A stretch of 64,000 nt of DNA from Planctomycetota bacterium. GTDB taxonomy: Bacteria; Planctomycetota; Brocadiia; JAADGH01. The DNA lies in contig JBFMAD010000003.1 of assembly GCA_040755855.1 (NCBI GenBank), forward strand, positions 1 through 64,000. Direction: 5' to 3'. The translations under genes and the position numbers were made by a program. Below the pieces are notes generated by a model, which worked only from the letters and a program-made list of their open reading frames with translations, made no database searches and had not been told where the DNA came from. How positions within the stretch are numbered: position 1 is the first letter of the stretch; each line of letters starts with the position of its first letter. This document shows, piece after piece, positions 18,710-28,162 of the stretch.

Positions 18710-19999
18710 CTATGTGTTCCTGCGGTATGATTCAAATCTCGTTCTGTGCTTGTACTCCATGGACGTGTCGACGTCGCAGAGCCCCCTCCTGATCAGATGG
18801 GCATTGACGAAAGTCTTGTTCTTCAGATATAGATAGCACAGCAGATTATTATCGGCATCGTGTTTTGTGGAATCGAACCTGAGGAACACCTTCTGGCCCT
18901 TCGCAACCTCATCGAGGAACCGCATTGCGTCGCCATTCTCGGCGGCGCGCTCCTTTATGCCGAGAAGGCGAATCTTGAGTCCTGAATCCAAGACGAGCAT
19001 CGTTGGACTGAGGACCTCCTTAACGGTGTGGTACTCTTGGTGGCCGGCTGCGGAATTATCAACCCTTGAGCCGAAGCGGAGTTTGCGTGGGTCTACTTTC
19101 TTGTCAAACTGGATTGGGTCACGAAAGACGTACGGCAAGTCCCTGATCGCTTGGCCCCACTCGGCGCGCTGCGCCGGCTGTCTCACAATCTCAATTTCGG
19201 CTTCATCGAAGATCGTCCTTTCCCCTAATCCCAGTTTCTGCTCGATGATCGGCACGAACTCATCATTGATCTCGTAGCCGACTGAATTGCGGCCGCGGTT
19301 CCTGGCCGCCAGGCACGTTGTTCCGCTGCCCAGGAACGGATCAAGAACAGTATCGCCGACGAAAGAAAACATTTTGATCAGGCGCCTCGGCAGCTCCTCC
19401 GGAAACATCGCAAGGTGCCCGTCTTGCCTTTCGCCGGGGAAGTTCCAGTGTCCGGCAAAATACTGATTCCATTCTTCCGTTGTCATGCGAGATTGCTCTT
19501 TAGCTGTCTTCGACACCTTGGGCGGGATCCCGAGCTTCTTGAAGACGAGAATGAACTCGTAGTCTATCTTCAGTATGCCGTTCCGAGGATGGGGGAACGA
19601 TCCCATGATCGTGGCGCCCCCCGTCGTGTTGCACGTGGTGACCTTCTGCCAGATGACGGCCCCCATATAGTCAAAACCAACCGTTTCGCAGAACTTGATA
19701 ATCTCCGTGCGAATGGGTATCACCTTGTATCGTCCGTAGTAAACGGAACGCGCGAATTGATCGCCGATATTGACACAGAGTCGACACCCTTTGTGGAGAA
19801 CCCTGTGGCACTCGCTCCAAACCAGGTTCAGATTGTTGACGTATTCCTCATACGTGTCATCGAAGCCGATCTGGTCGCTCTTCCCATAGTCCTTTAGTTG
19901 CCAGTAGGGGGGCGATGTGACGATGAGATGCACAGACGCATCTGCCGTCTCCGTCATTCTCCGAGAATCGCCGATCACGATTTTGTGGTGGGTTCGCAT
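18710..19999 (-). CDS. Beta-class N4-C/N6-A DNA methyltransferase with C-terminal SNase (thermonuclease)-like domain
   Basis: VTSPPY precedes H.AMFPEEL..LDPFLGSGTT (beta order); C-terminal VKEV..IRLLGI..LLCYLY..VNAHLIRRG. Confidence 0.88.
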   Translation of the reverse strand: MRTHHKIVIGDSRRMTETADASVHLIVTSPPYWQLKDYGKSDQIGFDDTYEEYVNNLNLVWSECHRVLHKGCRLCVNIGDQFARSVYYGRYKVIPIRTEIIKFCETVGFDYMGAVIWQKVTTCNTTGGATIMGSFPHPRNGILKIDYEFILVFKKLGIPPKVSKTAKEQSRMTTEEWNQYFAGHWNFPGERQDGHLAMFPEELPRRLIKMFSFVGDTVLDPFLGSGTTCLAARNRGRNSVGYEINDEFVPIIEQKLGLGERTIFDEAEIEIVRQPAQRAEWGQAIRDLPYVFRDPIQFDKKVDPRKLRFGSRVDNSAAGHQEYHTVKEVLSPTMLVLDSGLKIRLLGIKERAAENGDAMRFLDEVAKGQKVFLRFDSTKHDADNNLLCYLYLKNKTFVNAHLIRRGLCDVDTSMEYKHRTRFESYRRNT

Positions 20000-20084
20000 C
20001 GCAGTCCGCTGTGGCTTATGGAATCGGCAAGCGCCGCGCGCCTATCGCATCACGCACCCAGCATACTACGTCATGCGAGTTGTG

Positions 20085-21455
20085 TCAAGCCTGCTGAATG
20101 CGGGACTCTTGCTCCGGTTGCGGCGGCGCGGGGGGGATGCGGTCGCGGATGGGAGGAAGTTGGTTCCTGGGGACGATGGGGTCGAACTTGAAGTCCTTCG
20201 TCCGCTTCTTGAACTCGCGCTTCACCTTCGCAAGCGTCTTTCCGCCGGCCATCAGCCCCAGCGCGCCGAGGGCGAGAATCTTCCCGGCCTGGACCAGGCC
20301 CTTGTGGGCGTAGGCGGTCTTGCCCTGGCTTGTGTAGTCGCGGTGGTGGCCTGTCACGTCTTTCGCCGAGCAGGCCACGTTGATGCGGCCGAGGGGGGCG
20401 ACCCAGGAGACGGTGTCCTCGTCCGAGGAGGCGCGCCCGGCGACCTTGCCGATCTCGCCGATCTTCGTGTTGAACTCCGGTTTGAAACCGAGCTTCTTTG
20501 CGGCCTGATTGTCCTTCTTTGTGAACCGAGGCGGACCGATGAGTTTGAAGCAGGTCTGCATGTGCTCCACCAGGGCATCATTCGGGAGACGGTTGTAGAT
20601 GCCGGCGAGGAGCGTCTTTTTCATTCGGGTCTCCGTCGCCCGGGCTGCGCCCTGTGCGCACTTGACCACGCGCGCCGCGATCTCGTCCACCTGCTTGCGG
20701 TCGGTGGCGCGGATGTAGTACCACGACCGTGCGTACTCGGGGACGACGTTCGGCGCCATGCCGCCCGCGCTGATGATGGAGTGGATGCGGACGTTTTCGG
20801 GGATGTGCTCGCGGAGGATATTGACGGCGTGGTCCATCAGTTCCTGCGCATCGAGGGCGCTGCGGCCCATGTGGGCCGACGCGCCATGGGCGGTGCGGCC
20901 GAAGAACTCGAAAGCCATGCTGTCCATCGCCGACCCGCCGAGGCGGCTGACGCTGTTACCGCCGGACGGGTGCCAGGCGAGGATGGCGTCGAAGCCCTTG
21001 AACGCCCCATCGCGGGCCATGTAGGCCTTGCCGGCAAGGGTCTCCTCCGCCGGGCAGCCCAGGAGCGAGATGCTGCCGTGGAGTTTGCCCGAATGCTCCA
21101 TCACACGTTTCACAATCAGGGCGGCGAGGGCGCTGCCTGCGCCGAGGAGGTTGTGTCCGCAGCCGTGGCCCCAGGTTCCCTTCTTCAGTCCGCAGTCGGG
21201 TAGGGCGTCGTACTCGGCGAGGATGCCGATGCGCGGGCGGCCCCTGCCCCAGGTCATGACGAAGGCGGTGGGGATGGCCTTGAACTTTTTCTCAATTGCG
21301 AATCCATGTCGCTCCAGGACGGATCTCAGAAGGGCGGCGGACCGGAATTCCTTGAACGGCTCCTCGGCATAGTCCCAGATGGCGTCGGAGAGGGCGATGG
21401 CCTCGGGGGCGAGGGCGGAAGCGGCCTTTAGGACGGCGGTTTTGAGTTTTTTCAC
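20085..21455 (-). CDS. M20 amidohydrolase (AbgB-like)
   Basis: EYDALP, HGCGHN, GCPAEE, GRTAH..GRSALDA, PNVVP, SSD. Confidence 0.85.
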   Translation of the reverse strand: MKKLKTAVLKAASALAPEAIALSDAIWDYAEEPFKEFRSAALLRSVLERHGFAIEKKFKAIPTAFVMTWGRGRPRIGILAEYDALPDCGLKKGTWGHGCGHNLLGAGSALAALIVKRVMEHSGKLHGSISLLGCPAEETLAGKAYMARDGAFKGFDAILAWHPSGGNSVSRLGGSAMDSMAFEFFGRTAHGASAHMGRSALDAQELMDHAVNILREHIPENVRIHSIISAGGMAPNVVPEYARSWYYIRATDRKQVDEIAARVVKCAQGAARATETRMKKTLLAGIYNRLPNDALVEHMQTCFKLIGPPRFTKKDNQAAKKLGFKPEFNTKIGEIGKVAGRASSDEDTVSWVAPLGRINVACSAKDVTGHHRDYTSQGKTAYAHKGLVQAGKILALGALGLMAGGKTLAKVKREFKKRTKDFKFDPIVPRNQLPPIRDRIPPAPPQPEQESRIQQA

Positions 21456-21471
21456 AGGACCTCCATGCTAC

Positions 21472-21545
21472 GACACGGCCTGCAAGCAAGCCGTGCCACC
21501 CGATGCTGGTTGGAAGACACGCTCAAACGAGTTTGAGCGTGGCAC
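21472..21545. repeat. Two tandem GTG(G/C)CAC-tailed REP-like palindromes
   Basis: gacacggcctgcaagcaagccgtgccac and gacacgctcaaacgagtttgagcgtggcac; related copies at 36720, 36761 and 37546. Confidence 0.75.
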
Positions 21546-21585
21546 ATAGAATCTCCCTCCGGTTCGACTTGACCCGCCGTGCGAG

Positions 21586-22524
21586 TTAGATCAATGCCGT
21601 GCTGAAGTATCGCTCCGCGCGGTCGGGGAGGACGGTGACGACGCGGGCGCGGGGGCCGAGCTTGTCCGCAATTTTCAGCGCGGCCCAGACGTTGGCCCCG
21701 GACGATGTGCCGCAGAGGGCGCCCTCGACGGAGGCCAGGCGTCGGGTCATCGCAATCGCGTCATCGTCGGTGACGGTGACGATCTCGTCAATCAGCGAGA
21801 CATCGAGCACGGCCGGGACGAAGCCGTCGCCGATGCCCTGAATGGCGTGCAGGCCCGGCTCGTGGCCGAGCAGGGCGGCGGCGTTGGCCGGTTCGACGGC
21901 GACGATGTGGACGGAGCTGTCTTTCTCCTTGAAGTAACGCCCCACGCCGCCCAGCGTGCCGCCGGAGCCGACCCCGGCCACGAATGCGTCCACCCGCCCG
22001 CCCATCTGGCGGTCTATCTCGGCGGCGGTGGACAGATAGTGGATCTCCGGGTTCTTGGGGTTGTCGAACTGCGCGGGGATCCAGATGGACGCATCTTCGT
22101 CAGTCATCTGCTTGAGGCGTTCAAGGGATCCCTTGATGCTTTTCCTGGCCGACGTGAGGACCAGGTCGGCGCCGAGGGCGCTGATGATCTTCTTGCGCTC
22201 CTCGCTCATGTCCTCGGGCATGACGATAGTGACGGGATAGCCCTTGAGCCTGCCCACGAGCGCGACGCCGATGCCGGTATTGCCGGACGTGGCCTCGGCG
22301 ATGCGCATCCCCTTCTTGAGTTTGCCCTCGCGCTCGGCTTCCTCGATGAGGTACTTGGCGACGCGGTCCTTGATGCTGCCTCCGGGGTTCAGGAACTCCG
22401 CCTTTCCGAATACGGGGGCCGGGCCGAGTTTGGCCAGTTTGAGCAACGGCGTGTTGCCGATGGTGTCGAGGAGATGGGAGACGGATTCCTTTGCTGCGAC
22501 GGTCTTTTGCATTTGCGGACCCAT
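21586..22524 (-). CDS. cysK: Cysteine synthase (O-acetylserine sulfhydrylase)
   Basis: IGNTPL, NPGGSIKDR (PLP lysine), EATSGNTG, GVGSGGT, HAIQGIG, PD.AERY.ST. Confidence 0.92.
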   Translation of the reverse strand: MGPQMQKTVAAKESVSHLLDTIGNTPLLKLAKLGPAPVFGKAEFLNPGGSIKDRVAKYLIEEAEREGKLKKGMRIAEATSGNTGIGVALVGRLKGYPVTIVMPEDMSEERKKIISALGADLVLTSARKSIKGSLERLKQMTDEDASIWIPAQFDNPKNPEIHYLSTAAEIDRQMGGRVDAFVAGVGSGGTLGGVGRYFKEKDSSVHIVAVEPANAAALLGHEPGLHAIQGIGDGFVPAVLDVSLIDEIVTVTDDDAIAMTRRLASVEGALCGTSSGANVWAALKIADKLGPRARVVTVLPDRAERYFSTALI

Positions 22525-22559
22525 ACTGGGATCAGGAAGGTGGGCTATTCCTCTGCGAA

Positions 22560-23840
22560 TCAGGCGATGTCACGTTTTTTTTCTGCCTCGGGGGGCGTGG
22601 ACTCGAAGAGGGGCTGCTCGCCCCGCACAACCTCGGGGGTCAGGACGTATCGCCCCCCTTGCGGCATGGAGGGGAGGGCGTACATGATGTCGAGCATGAT
22701 GTCCTCGACAATGGCCCGCAGGGCGCGGGCGCCGGTGTCGCGCTCCATGGCGCGTCGGCTGATCTCGACGAGGGCGTCGCCAGTGAATTCGAGCTCCGCG
22801 TTCTCCATGGCGAAGAGTTTCTTGTATTGTTTGACGAGGGCGTTGCGTGGCTCGGTGAGGATGCGCACCAGATCGGCCTCCCCGAGAGGGCTGAGCGCCG
22901 CCAGGACGGGCAGGCGGCCGACGAGCTCGGGGATCATGCCGAACTCGATGAGGTCGTCGGGTTCCACCTGATTCAGGAGAATGCCCAGGGACTCCGTATC
23001 GTCCTCCTGCTCGACGCCGAAGCCGATCATCTGATGGCCGACGCGGCGGCTGATAATGCGGTCTATTCCGTTGAACGTCCCGCCGCAGATGAAAAGGATG
23101 TGCGACGTGTTGATCTGGATGAACTGCTGCTCGGGGTGCTTGCGGCCGCCCTGGGGGGGCACGTTGGCGATGGTTCCCTCCAGCATCTTGAGCAGGGCCT
23201 GCTGGACGCCTTCGCCGGAGACGTCGCGGGTGATGGAGACGTTCTGCGAGGTCTTTCCGATCTTGTCAATCTCGTCTATGTAGAGGATGCCCTGTTCGGC
23301 CTTCTGGACGTCGAAGTCGGCGGCCTGGATGAGCTTGAGGAGGAGGTTCTCCACGTCCTCGCCGACATAGCCAGCCTCGGTGAGCGTGGTCGCGTCGCCG
23401 ATGGCGAACGGCACGTCCAACATCTGGGCCAGGACCCGGGCAAGGAGGGTCTTGCCCGATCCGGTGGGGCCGATGAGGAGGACGTTGCTCTTGTCCAGTT
23501 CCACGTCGTCGGCGAGATCAGCGATGAGGCGTTTGTAATGGTTGTGGACGGCGACGGAGAGAATTTTCTTTGCCCGCTCCTGGCCGATGACGTATTCATC
23601 GAGGCCGGCCTTGATTTCTGCGGGGGCGGGGATGGACCGCTTGGAGGGCAGTTTCGCGGCGGCTGTGCCCTTGATCTCGTGCTGCATGACGGCGTAGCAG
23701 AGATCAACACATTCGTTGCAGATGAGGAGATTGGGCGGGACGGCGATAAGTCCGCGAACCTGACTTCCCTGTTTGCCGCAGAAGGAACAGCGTTGATGTC
23801 GTCTCGCGCTCGGCTTCGGTCCCTTGGGCCTGTTGGTCAT
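22560..23840 (-). CDS. clpX: ATP-dependent Clp protease ATP-binding subunit
   Basis: CSFC..CNEC zinc domain, [29 protein letters not shown] loop, TGARALR. Confidence 0.97.
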   Translation of the reverse strand: MTNRPKGPKPSARRHQRCSFCGKQGSQVRGLIAVPPNLLICNECVDLCYAVMQHEIKGTAAAKLPSKRSIPAPAEIKAGLDEYVIGQERAKKILSVAVHNHYKRLIADLADDVELDKSNVLLIGPTGSGKTLLARVLAQMLDVPFAIGDATTLTEAGYVGEDVENLLLKLIQAADFDVQKAEQGILYIDEIDKIGKTSQNVSITRDVSGEGVQQALLKMLEGTIANVPPQGGRKHPEQQFIQINTSHILFICGGTFNGIDRIISRRVGHQMIGFGVEQEDDTESLGILLNQVEPDDLIEFGMIPELVGRLPVLAALSPLGEADLVRILTEPRNALVKQYKKLFAMENAELEFTGDALVEISRRAMERDTGARALRAIVEDIMLDIMYALPSMPQGGRYVLTPEVVRGEQPLFESTPPEAEKKRDIA

Positions 23841-23880
23841 GTCCTCGCCTTCGCATTTCAGGTTGTCTGAGGGCGGCGCT

Positions 23881-23916
23881 TCGCCCGGACTCGGAAGTCC
23901 GGCGACTTCCGCTACG
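23881..23916 (-). repeat. GTAG-type REP-like palindrome between clpP and clpX
   Basis: Minus strand reads cgtagcggaagtcgccggacttccgagtccgggcga. Confidence 0.55.
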
Positions 23917-23919
23917 GGG

Positions 23920-24591
23920 CTATTTCGTCGCCGCCGCCTGGTGCAAGTCTTTCAGGGAGCCGAGAACCTCGTCAACAATGCCATAGTCCTTGGCCTCCTC
24001 GGCAGACAGATAGAAGTCCCTGTCGGTGTCGTCCCGAATCTTCTCGATGGGCTGGCCGGTATGATGCGAGAGGATCATGTTGATCCGCTCCCGGAGCTCG
24101 ACGATTTCTTCGGCCATGATCCCGATATCGGCGGCCGTGCCGTAGCTGCTTCCCGCAGGCTGGTGCAGGAGCATGCGGGAGTTTGGCAGCGCATGGCGCT
24201 TTCCCTTCGTCCCGGCCGCCAGCAGCAGGGCCGCGATGCTGCTGGCCTGGCCGATGCAGAATGTGGCCACGTCGCAGCTCACGAACTGCATGGTATCATA
24301 GATGGCCAGGCCGGCGTTCACATAGCCCCCGGGGGAATTGATATAGAGGTTGATGTCCTGCTTCTTCCGCTCGTTCTGGAGGAACAGCATCTGGGCGACG
24401 ATAATGTTGCCTATGAAATCGTCAATGGGGTCGCCCAAAAAGACGATGCCGTCAGCCAGCAGGCGGGAGAAGATGTCGTGACGGTATTCCGCCCGTCCGG
24501 TTCGCTCGTAAACGGTGGGCAGGACAGCTGCGTGGGGCGGGTCGCCGCGTTCGATGGCCTTGTAGATCCGTTCGAATTCGCGCTCGTTCAT
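23920..24591 (-). CDS. clpP: ATP-dependent Clp protease proteolytic subunit
   Basis: [28 protein letters not shown]. Confidence 0.96.
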   Translation of the reverse strand: MNEREFERIYKAIERGDPPHAAVLPTVYERTGRAEYRHDIFSRLLADGIVFLGDPIDDFIGNIIVAQMLFLQNERKKQDINLYINSPGGYVNAGLAIYDTMQFVSCDVATFCIGQASSIAALLLAAGTKGKRHALPNSRMLLHQPAGSSYGTAADIGIMAEEIVELRERINMILSHHTGQPIEKIRDDTDRDFYLSAEEAKDYGIVDEVLGSLKDLHQAAATK

Positions 24592-26339
24592 TCCTTTGCT
24601 TTCCCCGTTTCCTCCGTCTTCTGCTCGTCCTTTTTTGCCGCCGGGGCGGGGGTGACTTCGGCTTCTTCGATCAGGAGGTTCATCGTCTTCTCTTCGCGCA
24701 TCTGGCGGCGCAGGGTGGAGATCGCCCCGCTGCGATCCAGTTGCTGGTTCAGCTTGCTCGGCGAGACGCCCCGAAGCATAGCCATGGCGGAGATACGTTC
24801 CTCCACATCCTGCTCGGTGGCATAGATGCGCTCCTTGTCGGCGATCTTTTCGAGGATGAAGTAGAGCCGGAACTCCCGTTCGGTGGAGGACTGGCTGGCG
24901 TCTCGAATCTCCTGGGCGTGCTTGCTCACGTCCTCTCTTGGCACGCCCCGGCTCAGGAGCATGATCTGCTGGCGCTGGGCGTTCATGCCGGCCTGGCGCT
25001 TGACCAGTTCTTCCGGCAGGTCAAACTTGAACTTCTCGAGGAGTTGCTCGGAAACCTGGCGATCGAGGTCCTGCCGGACGGCCTGCTCCTTGTTCCGGCG
25101 GAGGCGCTCCATAAGGTCCTTCTTCAGCTCGTCCAGGGACTCGTAGCCGAGGTCCTTGGCGAACTTGTCGTTTGCCTCGGGCTTGTTCAGACGGCGGACC
25201 TCCTTGATGGTGAAGGTCGCCTCGGCCTCCTTGTTGCGGAGTTCTGCCTGGGGGAAGGCGTCGGTGAGCTTGAACTTGCCGGTCTTTTCGTCGCCGGCTT
25301 TCGAGCCGATCAGGAGCTTCCCCGCCTCGTGGGCGGGCAGGCCGGTAATGTTCGCGCCTGTGGCGGCCAGCTCGGCGTCGGCGGCCTCGGAGACCATCTT
25401 GCCGTCCACGGTCACCGTGTAATTGCAGAGGACAGCGTCGCCTTCTTTAGCCGGTTCCTCCACCTTCACCAACTCGGCGGCGCGGAGCCGGAGGTTCTCG
25501 ATGGCCGCCTGCATTTCCTCGTCGGTCGGCTCCTTGGACTGCTCTTGCAGTTTCAGTCCCTTGTATCCTTCCACCTCGAAGCGCGGCTCGACCTCGAGGG
25601 TCACTTCGAACTCGATAGGTTCGTCTTCGAGATTTGCCTTTGGCTCCTCGGCCTTGGCTTCTTCGGGTTTCTCCTCGGGCTTCTTCTCGCCCTCTTTCTC
25701 CTCCTCCTCGCCCTTGATCTTGAAGTCCGGGTCGCCGATGGGGGAGAGGTCTTCGCGCTTCGTCACGATATCGAAGGCCTCGGCGATCAGCCGGTTCTTC
25801 AGTTCGGCTCGGATGTCCTTGCCGAACTGTCGCTCGACCAGGCGGAAGGGGGCCTTGCCGCGTCGAAAGCCCTTTACGGCCGCGTTTTCCTGGATGTCCT
25901 CCAGGCTTTCCTGGATCGCCGCGGCGATTTTTTCGGTGCAGATGGTCACTTTCAGATGTTTCTTGCAGGGACCCGTCTCTGTGATTTCGTAGGCGGGCCA
26001 GACCTTGACGGGGGCCTCGAAGGTGATGGCTGGATCCTTGGCGGGGTCGAAAACGATGTTGGTGAACTCGGGTTTCAGGGCGGCGGAGATTTTCTGTTCG
26101 AGGACGGCGTCTTCATATGCCTCGTCCATCATCTCCAGTTTTACGCTTTCGCGAATCTGGTCGCCTTTTTTCTTCTCGACCTCGGCCTTGAGATCATCCT
26201 CCGTCGCGCCCTTTCTGGCGCGGGTGCGGGACATCTCGGTGTGGAAGCGCTCGTCGAGGAGCTTCTGCACGTCGGCCTGGGGGATTTGGAACTTAAGGAG
26301 TTTTTCCTGGGGGCTTGTGTCCTGGACCTCAACGGCCAT
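24588..26339 (-). CDS. tig: Trigger factor with an extra N-terminal domain copy
   Basis: GFRRGKAP signature near residue 157, FKBP-like middle, C-domain (LPEELV..FILEKIA.KE.I); located upstream of clpP-clpX. Confidence 0.92.
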   Translation of the reverse strand: MAVEVQDTSPQEKLLKFQIPQADVQKLLDERFHTEMSRTRARKGATEDDLKAEVEKKKGDQIRESVKLEMMDEAYEDAVLEQKISAALKPEFTNIVFDPAKDPAITFEAPVKVWPAYEITETGPCKKHLKVTICTEKIAAAIQESLEDIQENAAVKGFRRGKAPFRLVERQFGKDIRAELKNRLIAEAFDIVTKREDLSPIGDPDFKIKGEEEEKEGEKKPEEKPEEAKAEEPKANLEDEPIEFEVTLEVEPRFEVEGYKGLKLQEQSKEPTDEEMQAAIENLRLRAAELVKVEEPAKEGDAVLCNYTVTVDGKMVSEAADAELAATGANITGLPAHEAGKLLIGSKAGDEKTGKFKLTDAFPQAELRNKEAEATFTIKEVRRLNKPEANDKFAKDLGYESLDELKKDLMERLRRNKEQAVRQDLDRQVSEQLLEKFKFDLPEELVKRQAGMNAQRQQIMLLSRGVPREDVSKHAQEIRDASQSSTEREFRLYFILEKIADKERIYATEQDVEERISAMAMLRGVSPSKLNQQLDRSGAISTLRRQMREEKTMNLLIEEAEVTPAPAAKKDEQKTEETGKAKE

Positions 26340-26390
26340 TCGATTGCCTCACTGCGCAAATGAAGGGATAAGAAACCAAAGACAAAAAAA

Positions 26391-26466
26391 TGGAGCGGGT
26401 GATGGGATTCGAACCCACGACAACCAGATTGGCAACCTAGTGCTCTACCAGCTGAGCTACACCCGC
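26391..26466 (-). tRNA. tRNA-Gly(GCC)
   Basis: GCGGGTG..CTAGG-TTGCCAA-TCTGG..GGTTCGAATCC..CACCCGC-TCCA. Confidence 0.96.
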
Positions 26467-26509
26467 TCTACCAACGCATATCTCGGCCCGCGCCGCCGCG
26501 GAAAGGGGC

Positions 26510-26598
26510 TGGTGCGAGAGGGGGGACTCGAACCCCCAGTCGCCCTGCGGCGAACCAGATCCTAAGTCTGGCGCGTCTGCCAATTCCGCCACTCTCGC
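26510..26598 (-). tRNA. tRNA-Leu(TAG)
   Basis: GCGAGAG..CCAGA-CTTAGGA-TCTGG, long variable arm, GGTTCGAGTCC, ACCA end. Confidence 0.96.
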
Positions 26599-26621
26599 CG
26601 CAACCGCACGGGATTATGTCC

Positions 26622-26698
26622 TGGTGGGCCCTGTAGGAATCGAACCTACAACCATCTGATTAAGAGTCAGGTGCTCTACCTAATTGAGCTAAGGACCC
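26622..26698 (-). tRNA. tRNA-Lys(CTT)
   Basis: GGGTCCT..CTGA-CTCTTAA-TCAG..GGTTCGATTCC..AGGGCCC-ACCA. Confidence 0.95.
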
Positions 26699-26728
26699 CT
26701 GCCCCAGTCCCTTGGGGGACAAATTACA

Positions 26729-26758
26729 ATAATAGCAATCACATGGGGGAAGTGTCAA
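26729..26758 (-). promoter_or_regulatory. Promoter for the tRNA-tig-clpPX operon
   Basis: TTGACA-18 bp-TATTAT with TGn extension, about 30 nt upstream of tRNA-Lys. Confidence 0.65.
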
Positions 26759-26778
26759 GAAAAAATTCGGCGGGGGGA

Positions 26779-26892
26779 AATGAGGAATGATGAATATTGG
26801 ACATGGAATGCTGAATAATGAAGTAAGAGGGAAGATGCAGCCTCATGGCCCTGCCCCCCTCCCCCTCAATCCAAAATCAGCAATCGAAAATC
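26779..26892. repeat. Two short 7-bp tandem arrays (AATNNNG x6; AATCNNN x3-4)
   Basis: aatgagg aatgatg aatattg gacatgg aatgctg aataatg (26779-26820); aatccaa aatcagc aatcgaa aatc (26868-26892). Confidence 0.7.
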
Positions 26893-26895
26893 CCC

Positions 26896-27363
26896 TCACT
26901 CCTCCGCCTCATGCAGCGCCTTCGGTATCTCCGCCGTGTCGCCCACCTTCACGCCGTTGCGCTGGAACCAGCCCTGCGGGACCTCGAGGACGAACTTGAC
27001 GCGAACCTTGGATGGGTGCGATAGCAGCGTCTCCGGTTCCATGTCCTCCATTTGCGCGATCCAGCCGTCCGACCGGATGAACGCGATGCTCAACGGCACA
27101 AAGGTATTCTTCATCCAGAACGATTGATACTCGTCCTCGGGATAGACAAACAACATGCCCTGATCGGGCGGGATGGTCTTTCGGTTGGACAGGCCGGCCT
27201 GCCGCTTCTCCCGCGTGCTCACCACCTCGACCTTTAGATCCTTTCCCGCCACCTTGATCGTGTGCAGAGCCGTGGGCGCCGAGGGCTTCGGCGCATCGGA
27301 GGCGGAGCAGGAACAGAGGGCCATGATGCACGCGGTCATGATCCATCGGCGAAAAGCGCGCAT
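26896..27363 (-). CDS. DUF192 family (lipo)protein
   Basis: VEVV..GLS.R..GMLFV..SFWMKNT.VPLSIAFI..FVLEV..G; ALCSC lipobox-like; start uncertain. Confidence 0.88.
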   Translation of the reverse strand: MRAFRRWIMTACIMALCSCSASDAPKPSAPTALHTIKVAGKDLKVEVVSTREKRQAGLSNRKTIPPDQGMLFVYPEDEYQSFWMKNTFVPLSIAFIRSDGWIAQMEDMEPETLLSHPSKVRVKFVLEVPQGWFQRNGVKVGDTAEIPKALHEAEE

Positions 27364-27383
27364 TGACACACCCATTGCGATAC

Positions 27384-27776
27384 TCAACGCCTGGCAGGGG
27401 GAAGGTAGAGGATAGTCGGTGTCTCTCGCGGCCGGCGATCAGGTGACTTGAATTCGGTGAAGGGCGAGCCGCCTGTTCGCCGAGGGTCGTGGTTCTCGCG
27501 CCACATCTTCGTCCCATAATCGTAGTAAAACTTGTCCTGATATTCGATCAGGTCCGCCCCGCGGAACGGAAGGGTCCATGCCTCGCCCCAGCCGCTGACG
27601 CCGGGGCTGCCGAAGAAGTCAATGGGAAAGACAGCGATGCGAAAGACCGTCGCAAAAATTTCGATGTCGTCCTTTCCCTCGGTGGACTTAGTTTCGTAGC
27701 ATAATGCGGGCTGGGCCGTCAGGATCAGGACTGCGAAAGTCGCGACGCACATGCTTTTCATGTTCATTCTCCACAT
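27384..27776 (-). CDS. Small secreted hypothetical protein
   Basis: Signal-peptide-like N-terminus, co-oriented with DUF192; start uncertain. Confidence 0.55.
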   Translation of the reverse strand: MWRMNMKSMCVATFAVLILTAQPALCYETKSTEGKDDIEIFATVFRIAVFPIDFFGSPGVSGWGEAWTLPFRGADLIEYQDKFYYDYGTKMWRENHDPRRTGGSPFTEFKSPDRRPRETPTILYLPPARR

Positions 27777-27907
27777 CTCGAGGAAAATCTACTAACCAAC
27801 TAATTATCCCCTGCCGCGCCGGGAAAGTCAAGCCTGGAATCGTGAATAGGAAGACGACCCGAATCTTGTACCATTTTCAATTTTTTACAGAAAATCTTGT
27901 TTTTATG

Positions 27908-27937
27908 TTGACGTTCCTGTTCGGGCGTGGTTATCAT
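27908..27937 (+). promoter_or_regulatory. Putative sigma70 promoter
   Basis: TTGACG-18 bp-TATCAT with AT-rich upstream element. Confidence 0.55.
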
Positions 27938-28070
27938 ATACGTAATGTACGCAATGTGGATGGTTGGTCTGTACGACATTCAAGAAGGGGATGGCTTGGA
28001 GCAGCGCCGTGAAACCGTATTCTCGAACGGGGCATCGGCTTTTTTCGAATGTGGCAGCCTGGGATTATGT

Positions 28071-28111
28071 CCGATCCTTCGCCATGTGACGGGGGATCGG
28101 TTTTTCTTTTT
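28071..28111 (+). terminator. Intrinsic terminator within the leader of the 28163 gene
   Basis: ccgatccttcg/cgggggatcgg 11-bp stem followed by tttttcttttt. Confidence 0.7.
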
Positions 28112-28162
28112 GAGGTCATGCCGAGAAGATGCGGCACACACACTGTTAGAGGAGAACCGGCC

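Noticed and set aside
18080..19999. CTAG rarity as proof that the MjaI-like system is active, or this system as the cause of RTCGAY depletion
   Set aside because: CTAG is rare in most bacteria anyway; the MTase is amino-type and its own gene retains RTCGAY sites
26391..26698. tRNA cluster as an island integration site
   Set aside because: No integrase and no duplicated tRNA 3' end seen; flanked by core genes
27990..28015. SRP (4.5S) RNA because of AGCAGC
   Set aside because: The upstream TCAGG-stem-GNRA part of domain IV is absent
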